From Schmidtea polychroa (taxonomy: Eukaryota): a DNA stretch of 64,000 nucleotides. The notes beneath the pieces were generated by a model that saw only the letters and a program-made list of their open reading frames with translations, ran no database searches and was not told the origin of the DNA. Position numbers and translations under genes: made by a program. Location: assembly GCA_044892525.1 (NCBI GenBank), contig CM097886.1, forward strand, positions 130,882,001 through 130,946,000, given 5' to 3'. Positions 1-12,456 of this stretch are shown one piece after another. Within the stretch, counting starts at the first letter, position 1; every line of letters begins with the position of its first letter.

Positions 1-384
1 GACAGAAGCGGTAAACATTCAATAATATTTTTCAAGTCAGGTAAATGTCGAATAATGGGATGTAAAAAATCGATCAAAGTTGAAGATTTAAAATATGAAA
101 TCAAGGATTTACAAATTCAATCGATTACAGTTACTGCTGATATTGAATCAAATGTTATTTTAAATGATTTATCAAAGTATATGAAATGTATTTACGAACC
201 AGAAATATTTCCGGCATTAAGATATATAAAATACAATCCAATGTGTGTTAACATATTCAATAGTGGTAAAGTAGTTATACTCGGTATAAAGACATTGGAT
301 TATCATTTACTTGTTTATAAAATTATTAAAGATATTAAATCAGTAATTGATGACATGGAATTTTTAAAATTTTTCCTAAACTAA
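1..384 (+). CDS. TBP-fold (TATA-binding-protein-like) protein, 5'-truncated by window edge
   Basis: Frame open from base 1: ...IIFFKSGKCRIMGCK (end of repeat 1) ...IQSITVTADI...YEPEIFPALRY...VNIFNSGKVVILGIK (repeat 2), matching TBP motifs YEPELFPGLIY and IF(S/V)SGK. Intronless and divergent. Confidence 0.75.
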   Translation, partial: DRSGKHSIIFFKSGKCRIMGCKKSIKVEDLKYEIKDLQIQSITVTADIESNVILNDLSKYMKCIYEPEIFPALRYIKYNPMCVNIFNSGKVVILGIKTLDYHLLVYKIIKDIKSVIDDMEFLKFFLN

Positions 385-570
385 AGTTGCAATCGTCCAT
401 GCATGAATCCAATTGGTTGATGGTGTGTATCGAAATAAGTATATATATATATATATACAATAACACTTTAATCATTTATTAAGTACTAGTTGAGAATGTC
501 AAATTTAACTGTAAATGGTATATTTTGATTATTGCTTTTTATATTTATAATTTTAAATGTTTTAGAAAAA

Positions 571-873
571 ATGATACAGATTCTGATTGGGAAAATGGGG
601 GAATTATATCCGAATATTTTAAAGGATCTAATCTATTGGGCACCAGAGATTATTCCATTCAGAATATGGATGTCTACCGGAATAGATTTGAATGTGGTTT
701 TGTTTGATCACTTGAGGACGTTAGAAGACGATCTTGGCCCTGTTGACAGCAGCAAGCCATCAGTATGCCCATACAAATGCGAAGGATGTATTGATAGAGA
801 GAAGAAGTATAATATATGGATATTAAGGAAAGAGTTGAGAAAAGCTCACTTTTCATTAATTGTAGATCACTAA
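571..873 (+). CDS. Hypothetical protein, about 100 aa, with a CPYKCEGC cluster (element accessory gene)
   Basis: ATG at 571 after AAAAA, within ORF 532..873; stop overlaps TAATAAATGTTTAGTT. Confidence 0.55.
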   Translation: MIQILIGKMGELYPNILKDLIYWAPEIIPFRIWMSTGIDLNVVLFDHLRTLEDDLGPVDSSKPSVCPYKCEGCIDREKKYNIWILRKELRKAHFSLIVDH

Positions 874-1209
874 TAAATGTTTAGTTATTATAATACAGTG
901 TTTTCTAATTTTATATTGTTACTTGTGATAGTACACTATTTTTATGTTACATGTATTAGTATAATATTTTTAATATCACACTAATTAGTACACGTTTTAA
1001 TTAACTAATTTGCAATACATCTGCAATACATATGCAAACCATGTATGACTCACATACAAAGGTCACAAATGTAAAGGTCACATACAAAGGTCACACACGA
1101 AGGTCAATGACACATGCATGTTGTTTGCAATACAAATGCATTCATTTGATTGGTTATACACAAGTATAAAAGAGAGATAAAATGACATCATAGTCATTAT
1201 TTTTAAAAA

Positions 1210-1683
1210 ATGCAATCCAAGAAGAACGTTTTTGGTGAGAAAACATTTTCTAATTTATTGAAAGAAACAAGCCCAATTAAGAAAATAACTGAGACGAAGC
1301 ATGCCAAGAATGATGTGAAACCAGTACAAATGTATCATAACCATAAGATATATTTCTTGGTAGACGAAATTCCATATAAATTCTCAAATGCAGTCAAATT
1401 GATCAAGTCGCAATATTCAAGTTTCATTGCTCATATAACAAAAGAAGATGTTGTTGCAGTAAATAAAGTGTTGGGGAAAATCAATAAGAATCTAAGTTGC
1501 AATGGAAATATAATCATCAACAATCGAAATTCTCGTTTTCATGATGCCTTTGAAGAAATTGAATATAAAGATGGTGAAAGCTGGTTTGTAAATATTTCAA
1601 TACAGGGATATAAAATGGATGAGAAAGATGTCATATCACCGATTTGGAAATTAGATAGTGCTCGAATTTCTCTGGGATTTTAA
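1210..1683 (+). CDS. Hypothetical protein, 157 aa (element accessory gene)
   Basis: Clean ATG ORF after AAAAAA; ends in the same TAATAAATGTTTAGTT signature as the previous ORF. Confidence 0.6.
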   Translation: MQSKKNVFGEKTFSNLLKETSPIKKITETKHAKNDVKPVQMYHNHKIYFLVDEIPYKFSNAVKLIKSQYSSFIAHITKEDVVAVNKVLGKINKNLSCNGNIIINNRNSRFHDAFEEIEYKDGESWFVNISIQGYKMDEKDVISPIWKLDSARISLGF

Positions 1684-2065
1684 TAAATGTTTAGTTTTTA
1701 ATACATCTTTTAATATGTCTTTTAATATAATTATTTACTATGAGTTAAGTATAGATGATTAATTTGTATTTTTTAAAAGTTGAAAATATGTGTGTATGTA
1801 AAAGTTGGCTGAAAAATACATTGTTTAAGGTGTTATGATTATGAATTTGAAGTAAATATTGATGTCATTTTATAGAGATTAAAATTCTATCTATATATTG
1901 TTTGAGTGAAAATATCTCAATTTGTTTAAAAAGATGTGTAAATTTAAAAATCGTGTACTAAAAATGAAATTTCAGAATTTTGATTACATCATAGTCTCAT
2001 TTAACAGAGAATTAAATTTCAAGTATAATGACATAAAAAATTCTTATAAAAAATTAAAATCAATG

Positions 2066-2282
2066 ACGTAATCGATGTTTTAAAAAAATTTTAAATTATT
2101 ACGTAATCGATGATTAAAAAATTTTAAATTATTACGTAATCGATGATTAAAACAAAAAATAAAATTATTACGTAATCGATAATTAAAACAAAAATTTAAA
2201 TTTAAAAAAAATATGGGGGGGGGGGTCTTTTAAAAAATTAAAAAAAAAAAAAAAAAAAGTAGGGGGGGGGTTTAAAAATTTT

Positions 2283-2313
<31 letters not shown>

Positions 2314-2354
2314 GGTATCTGGATCTAGAGTGCACATGGATCTAGAGTGCACAT
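2066..2354. repeat. Subterminal repeats of the Maverick-like end
   Basis: ACGTAATCGAT at 2066, 2101, 2134, 2170; poly-A/poly-G runs; 17-bp tandem direct repeat 2321-2337/2338-2354. Confidence 0.85.
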
Positions 2355-3045
2355 AACTACCTACTACACACATCTCCAACAATTTCAACCAATGAAAGAA
2401 AGAAAAAATATTTTAATTGAAATCTTAGTCAATGGCAACATCCAAAGGAAAAATGTCAGATTAAAAAAGACGGCCAACAATCAACACTGAGGAAGAGATC
2501 AATGAAATCATCAGTCTGACTAGTTATTGATTTTGAAAATATTTTCTTTTTAAAAAATAATATCTTAAAAATAATATAAATAACTAAATCAAAACTTATA
2601 AAAACCATTAGGAATAAAAATCAAAATATAATTATGATTAAAAATTTCTAAATTGCATATATAGTTATTAAAAAAATTTTATAAATATTTTATAATATTA
2701 TGTATTAAGAAAATTAAGAATTAGTTATAAAAGCTTTAAAAACTTAGAAATTCTTTATTGTTTTATTTTAAATTTTCAAATTTAATTTTAAATTTTTGGA
2801 AAAATGTTTCATATTGATTTTTTTTATTTTGAACCAATGAAAAGAGAGAAAATTTAAATAACAGAAAAGATACAAAAAGCATCTGAACTTTCAACCAGCT
2901 AAATTGATGAATTATTTTTATAGTTGAAAATATTTTCATGTCATTGAATATATACTTCGCAACAAAAGGCTTATATTTTCATTTAATTGTTTAATATTAT
3001 TGATAGTATTATTATTATAAGTAAACTTGAAAATATTAATTATAG

Positions 3046-6000
3046 ATAGTGGCGTTAACTAAGGATATGATCCGATCAGCTTGCGTTATTCAAGTATCGT
3101 CAATGAAACCAAATATATTTTTCGCACGAAGACTTGATTTGAAGTTAATTAATTTCTTGAAAACCACCATGGCTTCCAAGCTCGCGTACATAATATCTGT
3201 TAAATCCAGTTCGAGAAGAAGGAGCAATAGAATAAAGCGATCTTATTCACAAATATCCATTGATCACCTATCTAATAGACGAATTCGGCGTCAGTTGGCT
3301 CCTGATGACATTGTTGATGTGTTGATTGCTGTTTATAATGAAAATGAGCATCGTTTCTTCAAAAGCAGTGCCTTAGTTGATCGAATCAAGACTTTGATAT
3401 CGGATCTGACGAAAATTTTTCAAGCGAGCTCTGTAAAGATATTCAATAACGTATGTGATGATAGGCATATCTGCGTTGAGGGCCAATGTCAAACTACTAT
3501 TATGGTAAATCCAAAATTACCGCCAATAAACTTCCAAGTTCATGGGGTTACATTTTTGTCTATGGATTTTAGTTATGAATCTTCGTGTCTGTGCACAAAA
3601 CACTTTGAAGGGGTTCGATGCGAAATTCCTATGAATAAATGTGCTCACAAACCTTGCGGATCGGTAAGAATATGCCGTCCGGATCCTACAAAATCTCCTG
3701 GATTTGTGTGTGAATGTCCAGAGTTAAAATCCGGTAAGTATTGTGAGAAATCAGTAATTATAGAAGGCAATTCATCGTGCCTAGACGAGCAATGCATATT
3801 TGCAAGGGGTAATATTCAATTAAGTTTGATTTTTATCTTAGTTCTTTCTTAAGTATCGGAACCAATTCATTTCACTGGCGGCGGATTTATCATGTGGTAT
3901 CTGAGAGAAAAGAGTAATGCCTTACGAATGGAGGTTATATTCAGTTTTCGAGTGCTTCAAAAACCAGCACCGTTAATGGAAATTCAGTGGAACTCGATCC
4001 GATCAATTTTAATCGACATTAATTCTGATGGAAAGGTTCTAATATCTGCGGATCATAAAACGGTTCCCCTTATAGATATGTATGAAAGTGTTAATGCAAT
4101 GGCCGATGGGAAGTGGCATAATATTCGTTTGTCAATTCTTGGGGTCGTTAACATGCCTGATTGGTGGCTGCATGTTGTTATTGATGGACTAAAACCTCGA
4201 CTGTTGTCGTTAAGCTCTTGGGTCGAAGGTGATCATTTCAATCAGACTATTTTGATCGGTGCTAGAAATTACATATCAACCAGAGAATATAGTTTGGATA
4301 ATTCAGTGATATTAGACGAATCCATGACAGGTAAAAGTTTTATTTTTTGATATATTTCAATATATTGAGTGCATTTATAAGTAAACTCAGTCCATCGACA
4401 TCTGTCTTCGAATTTTTTTATGATATTTATTCATTATAACATATTATGGATGTTGAAATTAATTTCATTAACTCTGACAAGATATGTCGGAAAGAGTTAA
4501 ATGTTAACTTATAGAATGTGTACTGTGTGTCAGAGCGCACCCTTTATAAGCCAAAGCTAAAACTTTACTTCTGTACTATAATATTTATTTAAAAATTATT
4601 GTATTTAACTTATGTTATACTATATATTTTTTAAAAATATATAATTTTTTGTTCAAGAAAACGCTAGGGCATTGTATTCATGTAATCCACATATATTTCC
4701 ACATAAAGAACATAGTCAATTGAAAGACGTGAGTATGGAGAAATGTGTAAATGGATAACTAACTTAAAAGATTTCAAAATTTTATATAAAAAGTTTAATA
4801 ATAAGTGAGGAAGAATTGTATGTGAGGCATTGGCGATTAAATCGCAATCCCTTACAATTAATATTTAATCAGCAACGAATTTATTGAGATTAGTTAACTC
4901 ATAAATCATGACTATTGCGTGACTATTGTTTCCGTTTATAACTGTTGACATAGATTATGATGGCAGACATGATGGTGAGGATAATTTCCTTGAAATATAT
5001 TTCATCTATTTGGCGTTTTAGTGTTTTATTTTCAAATTTTTAAGAATATTTATTTTGATTATAATAAATTATTAATAACAAGTAATTAATTTTCCAACAG
5101 TAAACATTGAAAAATTCTGATCTAGATTCAATGGTTCATATAGATGGGTTGTTGATCTTTCTGGCAAAATTTATGATCCAAATTCTGGTGCAAATCCCGA
5201 TCATTTTTGATATCTGGGTCGCATGATAATAATAATAATACTATTTATTTTTGAATTATGACTTTACATCATTTATTTATTTAATTAAACATTTAGTTGC
5301 CTTTGTGTTGATATTAGGCAATTTCCCAACGAAAAAAAAGGCATGGGGGATTCAAAGTGGTCTGGTAAGAAAATTCAAATCCCCTTCCATAATTGATAAA
5401 AAATAACATTTAAACAAAAATTGATGTTCATTAATTAAATTAATTTATATTAATTCTCTCTCATTTGTGAGTAGGCTTTACGTAACTAAATATTTATTTA
5501 TCCTTTCTAATAAAAATTTTGGGCAATAAAGCAGTCAATCTGACAGATTCGCTACAGGCATCAGTTTCGGCCTTTTATGGAATTGGGCATATTTGTGAAG
5601 TGTCTAGAAATGATGTGAATCGAAATATAATAAAAAATAGACAATTCATTCAATAGGGTGAGGAGCATGAATGGTGGTGATAATTGGTAACTTTTGGTGA
5701 AATAGATATTTCCTTGGAATAATTTCTCATCTCTTACTAATTGCTATGAGATTTAGGAATCGTAAGGTTAGGAATTTCTATACCAAAAATGTTTGAAATA
5801 GTTGGAAACAAACAGACTAATTTTGGGTATTTCAAAAAAAAGAAATAATCCAAAAAAAATATTTATTTATTTCCTAAAGGATTTTTACTTGACTATTAAA
5901 ACAAATTCATTTTATTGTTAATGATAAAGATTTTTAAAAATTTTGAAATAAAATATTTTGTTTTATCAATAATTTGGAGGTGATATTGGCCTTGAATTTG

Positions 6001-9000
6001 TTTCCGAAATATGGAAGTTTGTTGGATTGGTTATATGTGGTCTTTACATAATTTGTCTGATCTCCAGTGAGCCTTTGGGTTAAGAATCACTGTTGTAACT
6101 TGTTTCATTAACGGTTATGGAAACTATTATATATTCATATGAGGCATGCGAAATGTGAATTTTGTTTAATCGCATTGATGTTAAATAATTATTACCTAAA
6201 TTTAAAAAATAATTTGGCCACATTTTATTGTTGAGTGATACGAGCATTTTTTTGATTTATATATTTAATAATTCACTTGAAAAAGGCAGTGCCGAAAATT
6301 CGTGAGTATCCACAAACATCGATATATTACTGATTTATAGTCTTCAAACTCTTTAATAAATTATATATTTAAATGACAAGAGATCAATGTAGAGGCATAA
6401 GAATAATACAATCATTTAAAATATATTTATCTTCTGATATAATACAGTTCTGGAGATTCAAATGGCGATCGTGAGAATCTGAAGTAATTGAGATTGCCAA
6501 AAGCAAACAAGTGGCTATAACTAAATGTAAAATCGGTGCACAAGGAAGATTTTCACGAATAAAACATGATATGAATCCAAAACAAACGTTTGGTATTTCT
6601 GTTTCAAACTTGAAATGCGAACTGATATTTCTATTAGTTGAACTTTGAATAGTGATGACACAGAAATATATTGAGAACAGAGAGATTGACGTTGATGCAA
6701 TTATACATTGGATGTTGAGGTGAAGCGGGACGATCTTCCACAAATTGTTGCGATTTACAGATTTCTTAATACATTTTTAATTTTCTTTTGATTAATTTTA
6801 AAAACAAAGTGGTCAGATAATGTTAATATTTAAACAAAAATTACATTATAAACATTACAAGTTTTGTGATACCCAGTGCAAATCCCAATAGTAGACTAGT
6901 TTCGAGCCTTTGGCTCTCATCAGTACTATGCAGGAGACGCGAAGATTTCTCTTCACGCCAGATAAGTATACAATATTGCTGAAAAAATATTTTGCTAAAA
7001 AAATATTTTACACCATTAAAAATTGCGCGGTAATGATATGTTTAAAATTTTAATTTTCTGTTTAAAAAGGAAATAAAAAACTATTGATTTATTAAATTTA
7101 TAAATTTAGTTATTTTTTATTTAATTATTTAATAATTTTAACAAATAAATTACTTGTTAACATAATTTCACAGACTTAGTGGTTATGAAATATGTTCCCA
7201 TGTGTATAATTTGCTATGTTAAAAATTATGACACGCTATTGGTTATTTCATGAATATCCCGTTGAAATGTCATTGGTCACAAGACCTCAATTACCTAACA
7301 TCTTTAAATGCAAAGATTTGGATATAATTTTTAATATTCTCAATTGGAAACCTTTTAAAATTTGTTTTATCTATATTGTTTTATATTCTTCTACTTTATA
7401 AAATAATATTGAAATAATTTTCAAGGATGTATACAAGATGTAATTTTAAACAATCAAAAGTTACCATATCAAAAATTACCGGTGCCGGTTATTGGTAGCT
7501 CTCTCAGTGTCGTATCAAAAAATCTCAATTACGGTTGCTCGGAGAGCCTGATGAGGAGTCTCTGTGCAGCTGGAGTTTGCAAGAATGGTGGCTTGTGTTT
7601 AATTCGAGATTATGAGAATGATAATAAGAGATCTTATGTCTGTCAGTGTCAGGAAACATTTACTGGTAGAAATTGTGAAATTCCCAATTCTATTTGTCGG
7701 CATTCTCCTTGCGTCCATGGTGGAAGGTAAATTTCATTTTCTTTTTGATTTTCTATTAATCGAATTTTAGGTGTGTTGATACAAAAAATGGATTTAAATG
7801 CATATGCCCAGATGGACTTTCTGGACCCCGATGTCAATGGGGGAAATCTTGCTCTTCACTTCTTAATCCTTGTCCTACGTTCGCAACATGTCTTGAAAAG
7901 ACAATTAATTCCCTATATAGCAGTGCGGTTTGTGATTGCTCCCATACCCTAAGGGGTTACATGTGTCAAATCGATGTTGACGAATGTCAGATTCAGCCTC
8001 CTCTCTGTAAGCCTGGCCGAGGTATTTGTCACAATCTTCATAGTGGTTATCAATGTAATTGTTCCCTTGGCTACCGTGGACAGCATTGTGAAATCGATGG
8101 TCTCATTTCCATTTATCCAGATAACTCGTCGTTTGGTTTGAGCCAGTTTCATATTTATGTGATTGTTGGAATTCTCGCATGTTTATTTGTGCTTGCACTC
8201 CTAACAGTTGTAGTTTTGGTTCTGAGGATGAAGCCAATCATTAGAATGAACTCTGGCCGTAAAAAAGACAGAAACGCAGCGCTTTCACTTGACCCCCTCT
8301 ATCCGTATAACGTAATTATCCATTTATTAATATTTTGATATTAAATTAGTCCTATTCATTTTTATACTTTTATTTCTATTTTTTTATTAAATTAAATAAT
8401 AAATTAATTATATTTGTATTAAATTAAAGAAATTGATTGCAGCAAATAAAATGTATCTATGCAAAGAAACGTTTCCAATTTGTAAATTATTTTCTTAAAC
8501 AATTAAGGTTTACACTGCTGAACAATGTTCGCGGTATTCTCCCGCATCTTCAATGATGGCTTCCAGTATGCATCATACTCTTGGATATGTTGGAGGTATC
8601 ACGGTCGAACCACCATCAACTCCAGGAGGTCGAAGTCAAATGAGTTTTCATCAGGTTCCTCCAACTCATTACGGGCATATGTCTCAAGATGCCATCGATC
8701 GCGTATCACTTTGCAGTTCTAACAACGAAAAGCGAGAAATTAATGCTCCTCCTCCTATGGTATTTTATCCCAATAACAGATATATAAGATCTAGTCGCGG
8801 ACAACTTTGTCTCAATCCAGCTGATCCCCGTCAAAGACTTCCTCATCATTCATCAACTTTTTCATTAGTTCCCTGTCATGTTGTTCCTCCGCAAATTATA
8901 CATTATGTACCAAACAGAAATTCCGCCATGTTCTATCCAGGTTCCAATCATCCGAGAATGGTTTATGATCAAATGCTTCATCGTGGCAGCAATCTGTCAT

Positions 9001-10033
9001 TGCACAGTTCAAAAGCAGCGTCAGGTGAGGATAATATATTATCTAAAATATAATTCAAGAGTCATTTCAGCTCAATGGGAGCCAAGTGATAATAGATTAG
9101 ATGAATCCGCAAATGATATGGTGCAATCAGACTGTCCTAGTCTTAATCAATTTCAAAACGGTAATATAGTGACCCTTATGAACGGTGAAATAGATCCTTC
9201 CGTATTGAGTTGGAATGGACCTTTTGTAGAAGATGGCATTTATCATCNNNNNNNNNNNNNNNNNNNNNNNNNNNNNNNNNNNNNNNNNNNNNNNNNNNNN
9301 NNNNNNNNNNNNNNNNNNNNNNNNNNNNNNNNNNNNNNNNNNNNNNNNNNNNNNNNNNNNNNNNNNNNNNNNNNNNNNNNNNNNNNNNNNNNNNNNNNNN
9401 NNNNNNNNNNNNNNNNNNNNNNNNNNNNNNNNNNNNNNNNNNNNNNNNNNNNNNNNNNNNNNNNNNNNNNNNNNNNNNNNNNNNNNNNNNNNNNNNNNNN
9501 NNNNNNNNNNNNNNNNNNNNTTTTACGTAAACTGTAGAATATTTAAAATAATTTCACTTTATGATTTTCTTTTGAAATTCAAATTGCTTAAAATAATAAA
9601 AAAATATGAATGATTTAAACAAATTATTTAAATTTCTTGAATTTAATGGTCAATTAAATTTAATTGGTTGGTTTCCATTCATGTTAATGTTTGATGATGG
9701 TGATGATGATGATGTTGGAAATCCAGATTTAGATATAACTCATGATCCTTTTGCTAGGAAATGATCAGCAGCCAAGAAATGTCTCTCACGGACACCACTG
9801 ATCGAAGCACTGCTCATCTATTACCAAAAATAACTCCAAAATTAAATTTCCGAGCGCAGCCCCCAGTGATCCATCAAATGAATATTGCAAAGCCCATAAT
9901 TTTAATTAATCAAAATGGCCATTCAGAATCACCGAAAACAGTTAGTCCTTCATCTGCTTCCATTCCCAGTGGGACTTCGTCTGATACAAAAGGAACTGCT
10001 CCTGAGTGTGAACCTCGAGGTAAATTACTCTGA
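3046..10033 (+). CDS. Fat-type atypical cadherin, 3' part (membrane-proximal domain, EGF x2, laminin G, EGFs, TM, cytoplasmic tail)
   Basis: In-frame GT-AG exon chain 3046-3808, 3854-4330, 7426-7726, 7771-8311, 8508-9024, 9071-(gap 9248), 9758-10033. EGF motifs (CAHKPCGSVRIC; DVDECQIQPPLC), LamG (HFTGGGFIMW...ADGKWHNIRL...GCIQDV), TM IYVIVGILACLFVLALLTVVVLVL. Cadherin repeats not in the window; linkage of the last exon across the gap is inferred. Confidence 0.8.
6888..6929 (-). ncRNA. Minimal type I hammerhead ribozyme (Penelope-like-element type)
   Basis: Minus strand reads AUAGUA-CUGAUGA-GAGCC AAA GGCUC-GAAA-CUAG-UC-UACUAU: intact core, 5-bp stem II, 6-bp stem I, palindromic ACUAGU helix III, GUC cleavage triplet. 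Confidence 0.8.
9248..9520. other. Assembly gap (N run) inside the cadherin gene
   Basis: 273 N. Confidence 1.
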
Positions 10034-11183
10034 ATTATTTATTCTGATTTATTATTGTCTTCCATTTTCATTTTGATATCCTTTCCGTAATATAATAAAT
10101 ATTTTCGGTGGTGAATTTTCTGTCTCATTTTTCGGCCATTTCTATAGTCTTTTATGGATTTTCTTTTTGGTTAGGTTCAATGGGATGGTTTGGTTGGATT
10201 TTGGAAAGGAAACCCATCGAATCGAGTTATTTTGTGTTTTATTTAATGCAAGGTGTTGAAAGATTGTAAGTGGAATTAAACATTGGAGAAAGATGGGCAT
10301 AATTATAAAGTCAAAAGATCACGGGGAAGCAAGTATTGCAAGTGATATGTCGTGTCACTCTTAGGAAAGGTATAAAACATTTCCTTCTGTTTTTATAATG
10401 CACGTATAAATACCGAGATATACAATATGTAAAAGGATAGGAATATTGATATAATGAATACATTTTCAGCTAAATATATTTAACCCATTCAGTATGGAGG
10501 ACGATTATGTTTCGTCATGAAAGTGTATTCCCATGTGCGACTCATCATGTTGTGTATTGCAGTGACGTAACTAATAAAATTACTTCGCACACTGAATTTA
10601 ATTGCTATCGCACACAGCACCAAAATAACAACATTTTTGCTATTTATAAACTATTTTTACAATGAAGTTTCTTGCAATTCATAATTTTTCAAATTTTTGT
10701 AACCCTGTGTAATTGTTATACATTTTATGATTTTGGTACACTGTGTAATTTGTGACATGTTGAATATATTTTGCATACACTGTTCTTTTTACACTTCAAC
10801 AATCTATGTGTACGGTGTTATTTTTTTGTGCAGTCTTTTGAACCCTATAAGTTTTATTATAAAAAAATGTTTTGTTTTAACCAAATTACATTACCAAATT
10901 ATCCTGTCGCAGACAGCATTTCTATATGGTCGCAGTGAAAGGACATTAATGCATTTAATGTTAAATGCCAAAATAGAAAGTTTAAAAAGTTATTTGAATA
11001 ATACGTTATTAAACGGAAATAAAAAAGAACCATGTTTTCGTTTATTTTTTAATTTTCATTTATTATCAGTTGTCAAATATGTAAAATTCACGATGGAAAT
11101 TGTTCCTTATTCTATTCATCCAGATATTTATAAAGTTTAGCTAGATTTTAAGTGACAATGCTTCAATCTTGATGCCCACACTA

Positions 11184-11731
11184 TCTTCTAATATATAAAG
11201 ATGAAAGTTTGTTTGTTTGTTACCCATAGAATTCTCCGCCGTTGGACCTGGGGTGCTGAAATTTTGAATGTGACCCTCATTTGACTCGGGACAGGCTATG
11301 TTTCAACCCCAGGTGACCACCCCTAGGGTACCCTAAGTCAGTTTGTCGGTTTGTTTGTCTGTCCGGTCAGCAATTTGCCATATAAATAATAATTTGTTAT
11401 ATGCTTGCTACTTGCAGTTGAAAGTAATATAATTTAGTCAAACGTTTTCAAAGCAGAATTCAAACATGGAGAATTTGAATTTTATTTGATTAGTGAACCA
11501 GTTTGCAATTGGAAAAATATTGTCAGTTATTTTTCGATTTAAATTGGAGTGCGTTTTCGATTTGACAAATTGAAATTTATTTTGAAAGCTTTTCCTATTG
11601 TAAATTAAACATGGAATTGATGCTGTTATAAAATTAATACTGGAACGTAATAACATCATTAAACAAAAAATTAATTTAAATGGATTATTATAATAAATGT
11701 AAACTCGGGCAAAGCCGAGTACAACAGCTAG
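11184..11731 (+). mobile_element. Non-autonomous Helitron-type element
   Basis: A|TC start (TCTTCTAATATATAAAG...GTTTGTTTGTTTG), 3' hairpin CTCGG-GCAAAG-CCGAG, CTAG|T end, no TSD; related copy at 41851-42262. Confidence 0.75.
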
Positions 11732-12456
11732 TTAATGATATTCATACGAATCATCGATATTCACAAACTTTTAATTCAAAAAATTGGAAACGGATTGGGC
11801 ATTATTCCGTTCTATGTATCAGTGAAGACTGTTTAGGTGCAACGCAAGAACTAATCAAGATTGAATACCAAAAGCTATGGCTTGATCACCATTCAATTGA
11901 AAGAAAGTAAATTATGAAGTTTTGATAAAGACAGTTCAAATGGTTTTGCCAAGATTGGTTTCAGACTGTTGGTAAGGAATAAATTTGTCCTAGGATACAT
12001 CTATAATGATATCAATCTTTTCCTATTGACGGAAAAATTCATTTTATATAGTTAACAGTCATACTTATTGCGAAATGTATTGTGTGAGGCTTGGAAAATT
12101 AAGTAGTTATTCCTTACAATTAATATTTAATCAGCAATGAATATTTCGAGATTATTTAATTAATTATAACTATGATGTCATTATGAGTTTCTGTATATAG
12201 TTTTTGGTACTGACAGCGAGAATGAAGATCATCCTCTCGAAACTTATTTTAATAATTTGATTTTTTCATTTATTCATTAAAATACGCCAGCTATAATAAA
12301 AAATTGGATATTGTAAAGTTTGGCAATAGCGTTGCACTGTACAATACGTTCCATAGATATCGGTTATCATAAAATCGGGTTAAAATAAGATATCTCTCTG
12401 GAAAAAGACAGAAGTTATATGATTAAATTTGGGAAATTAATAAATTTCAATGGAAG

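Larger units (their letters stand above)
1..2365 (+). mobile_element. Right end of a Maverick/Polinton-like element (left part outside window)
   Basis: Three compact intronless co-oriented ORFs, then ACGTAATCGAT repeats, A/G runs, a 17-bp direct repeat GGATCTAGAGTGCACAT x2 (2321-2354) and the end ...ACTACCTACT (2365). Mavericks end 5'-AGT...ACT-3'. No pPolB, integrase or capsid gene in the window, so the class call rests on the terminus. Confidence 0.6.

Noticed and set aside
6384-6743. 119-aa minus-strand ORF next to the hammerhead, as a possible Penelope GIY-YIG/RT remnant
   Set aside because: No GIY-YIG or RT motif seen in the frames read.
9210-9613. ORFs running through N (also 53708-54201)
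   Set aside because: Artefacts of assembly gaps.
10727-11140. 137-aa ORF downstream of the cadherin gene
   Set aside because: TTG start, composition typical of AT-rich repeat DNA, no motif.
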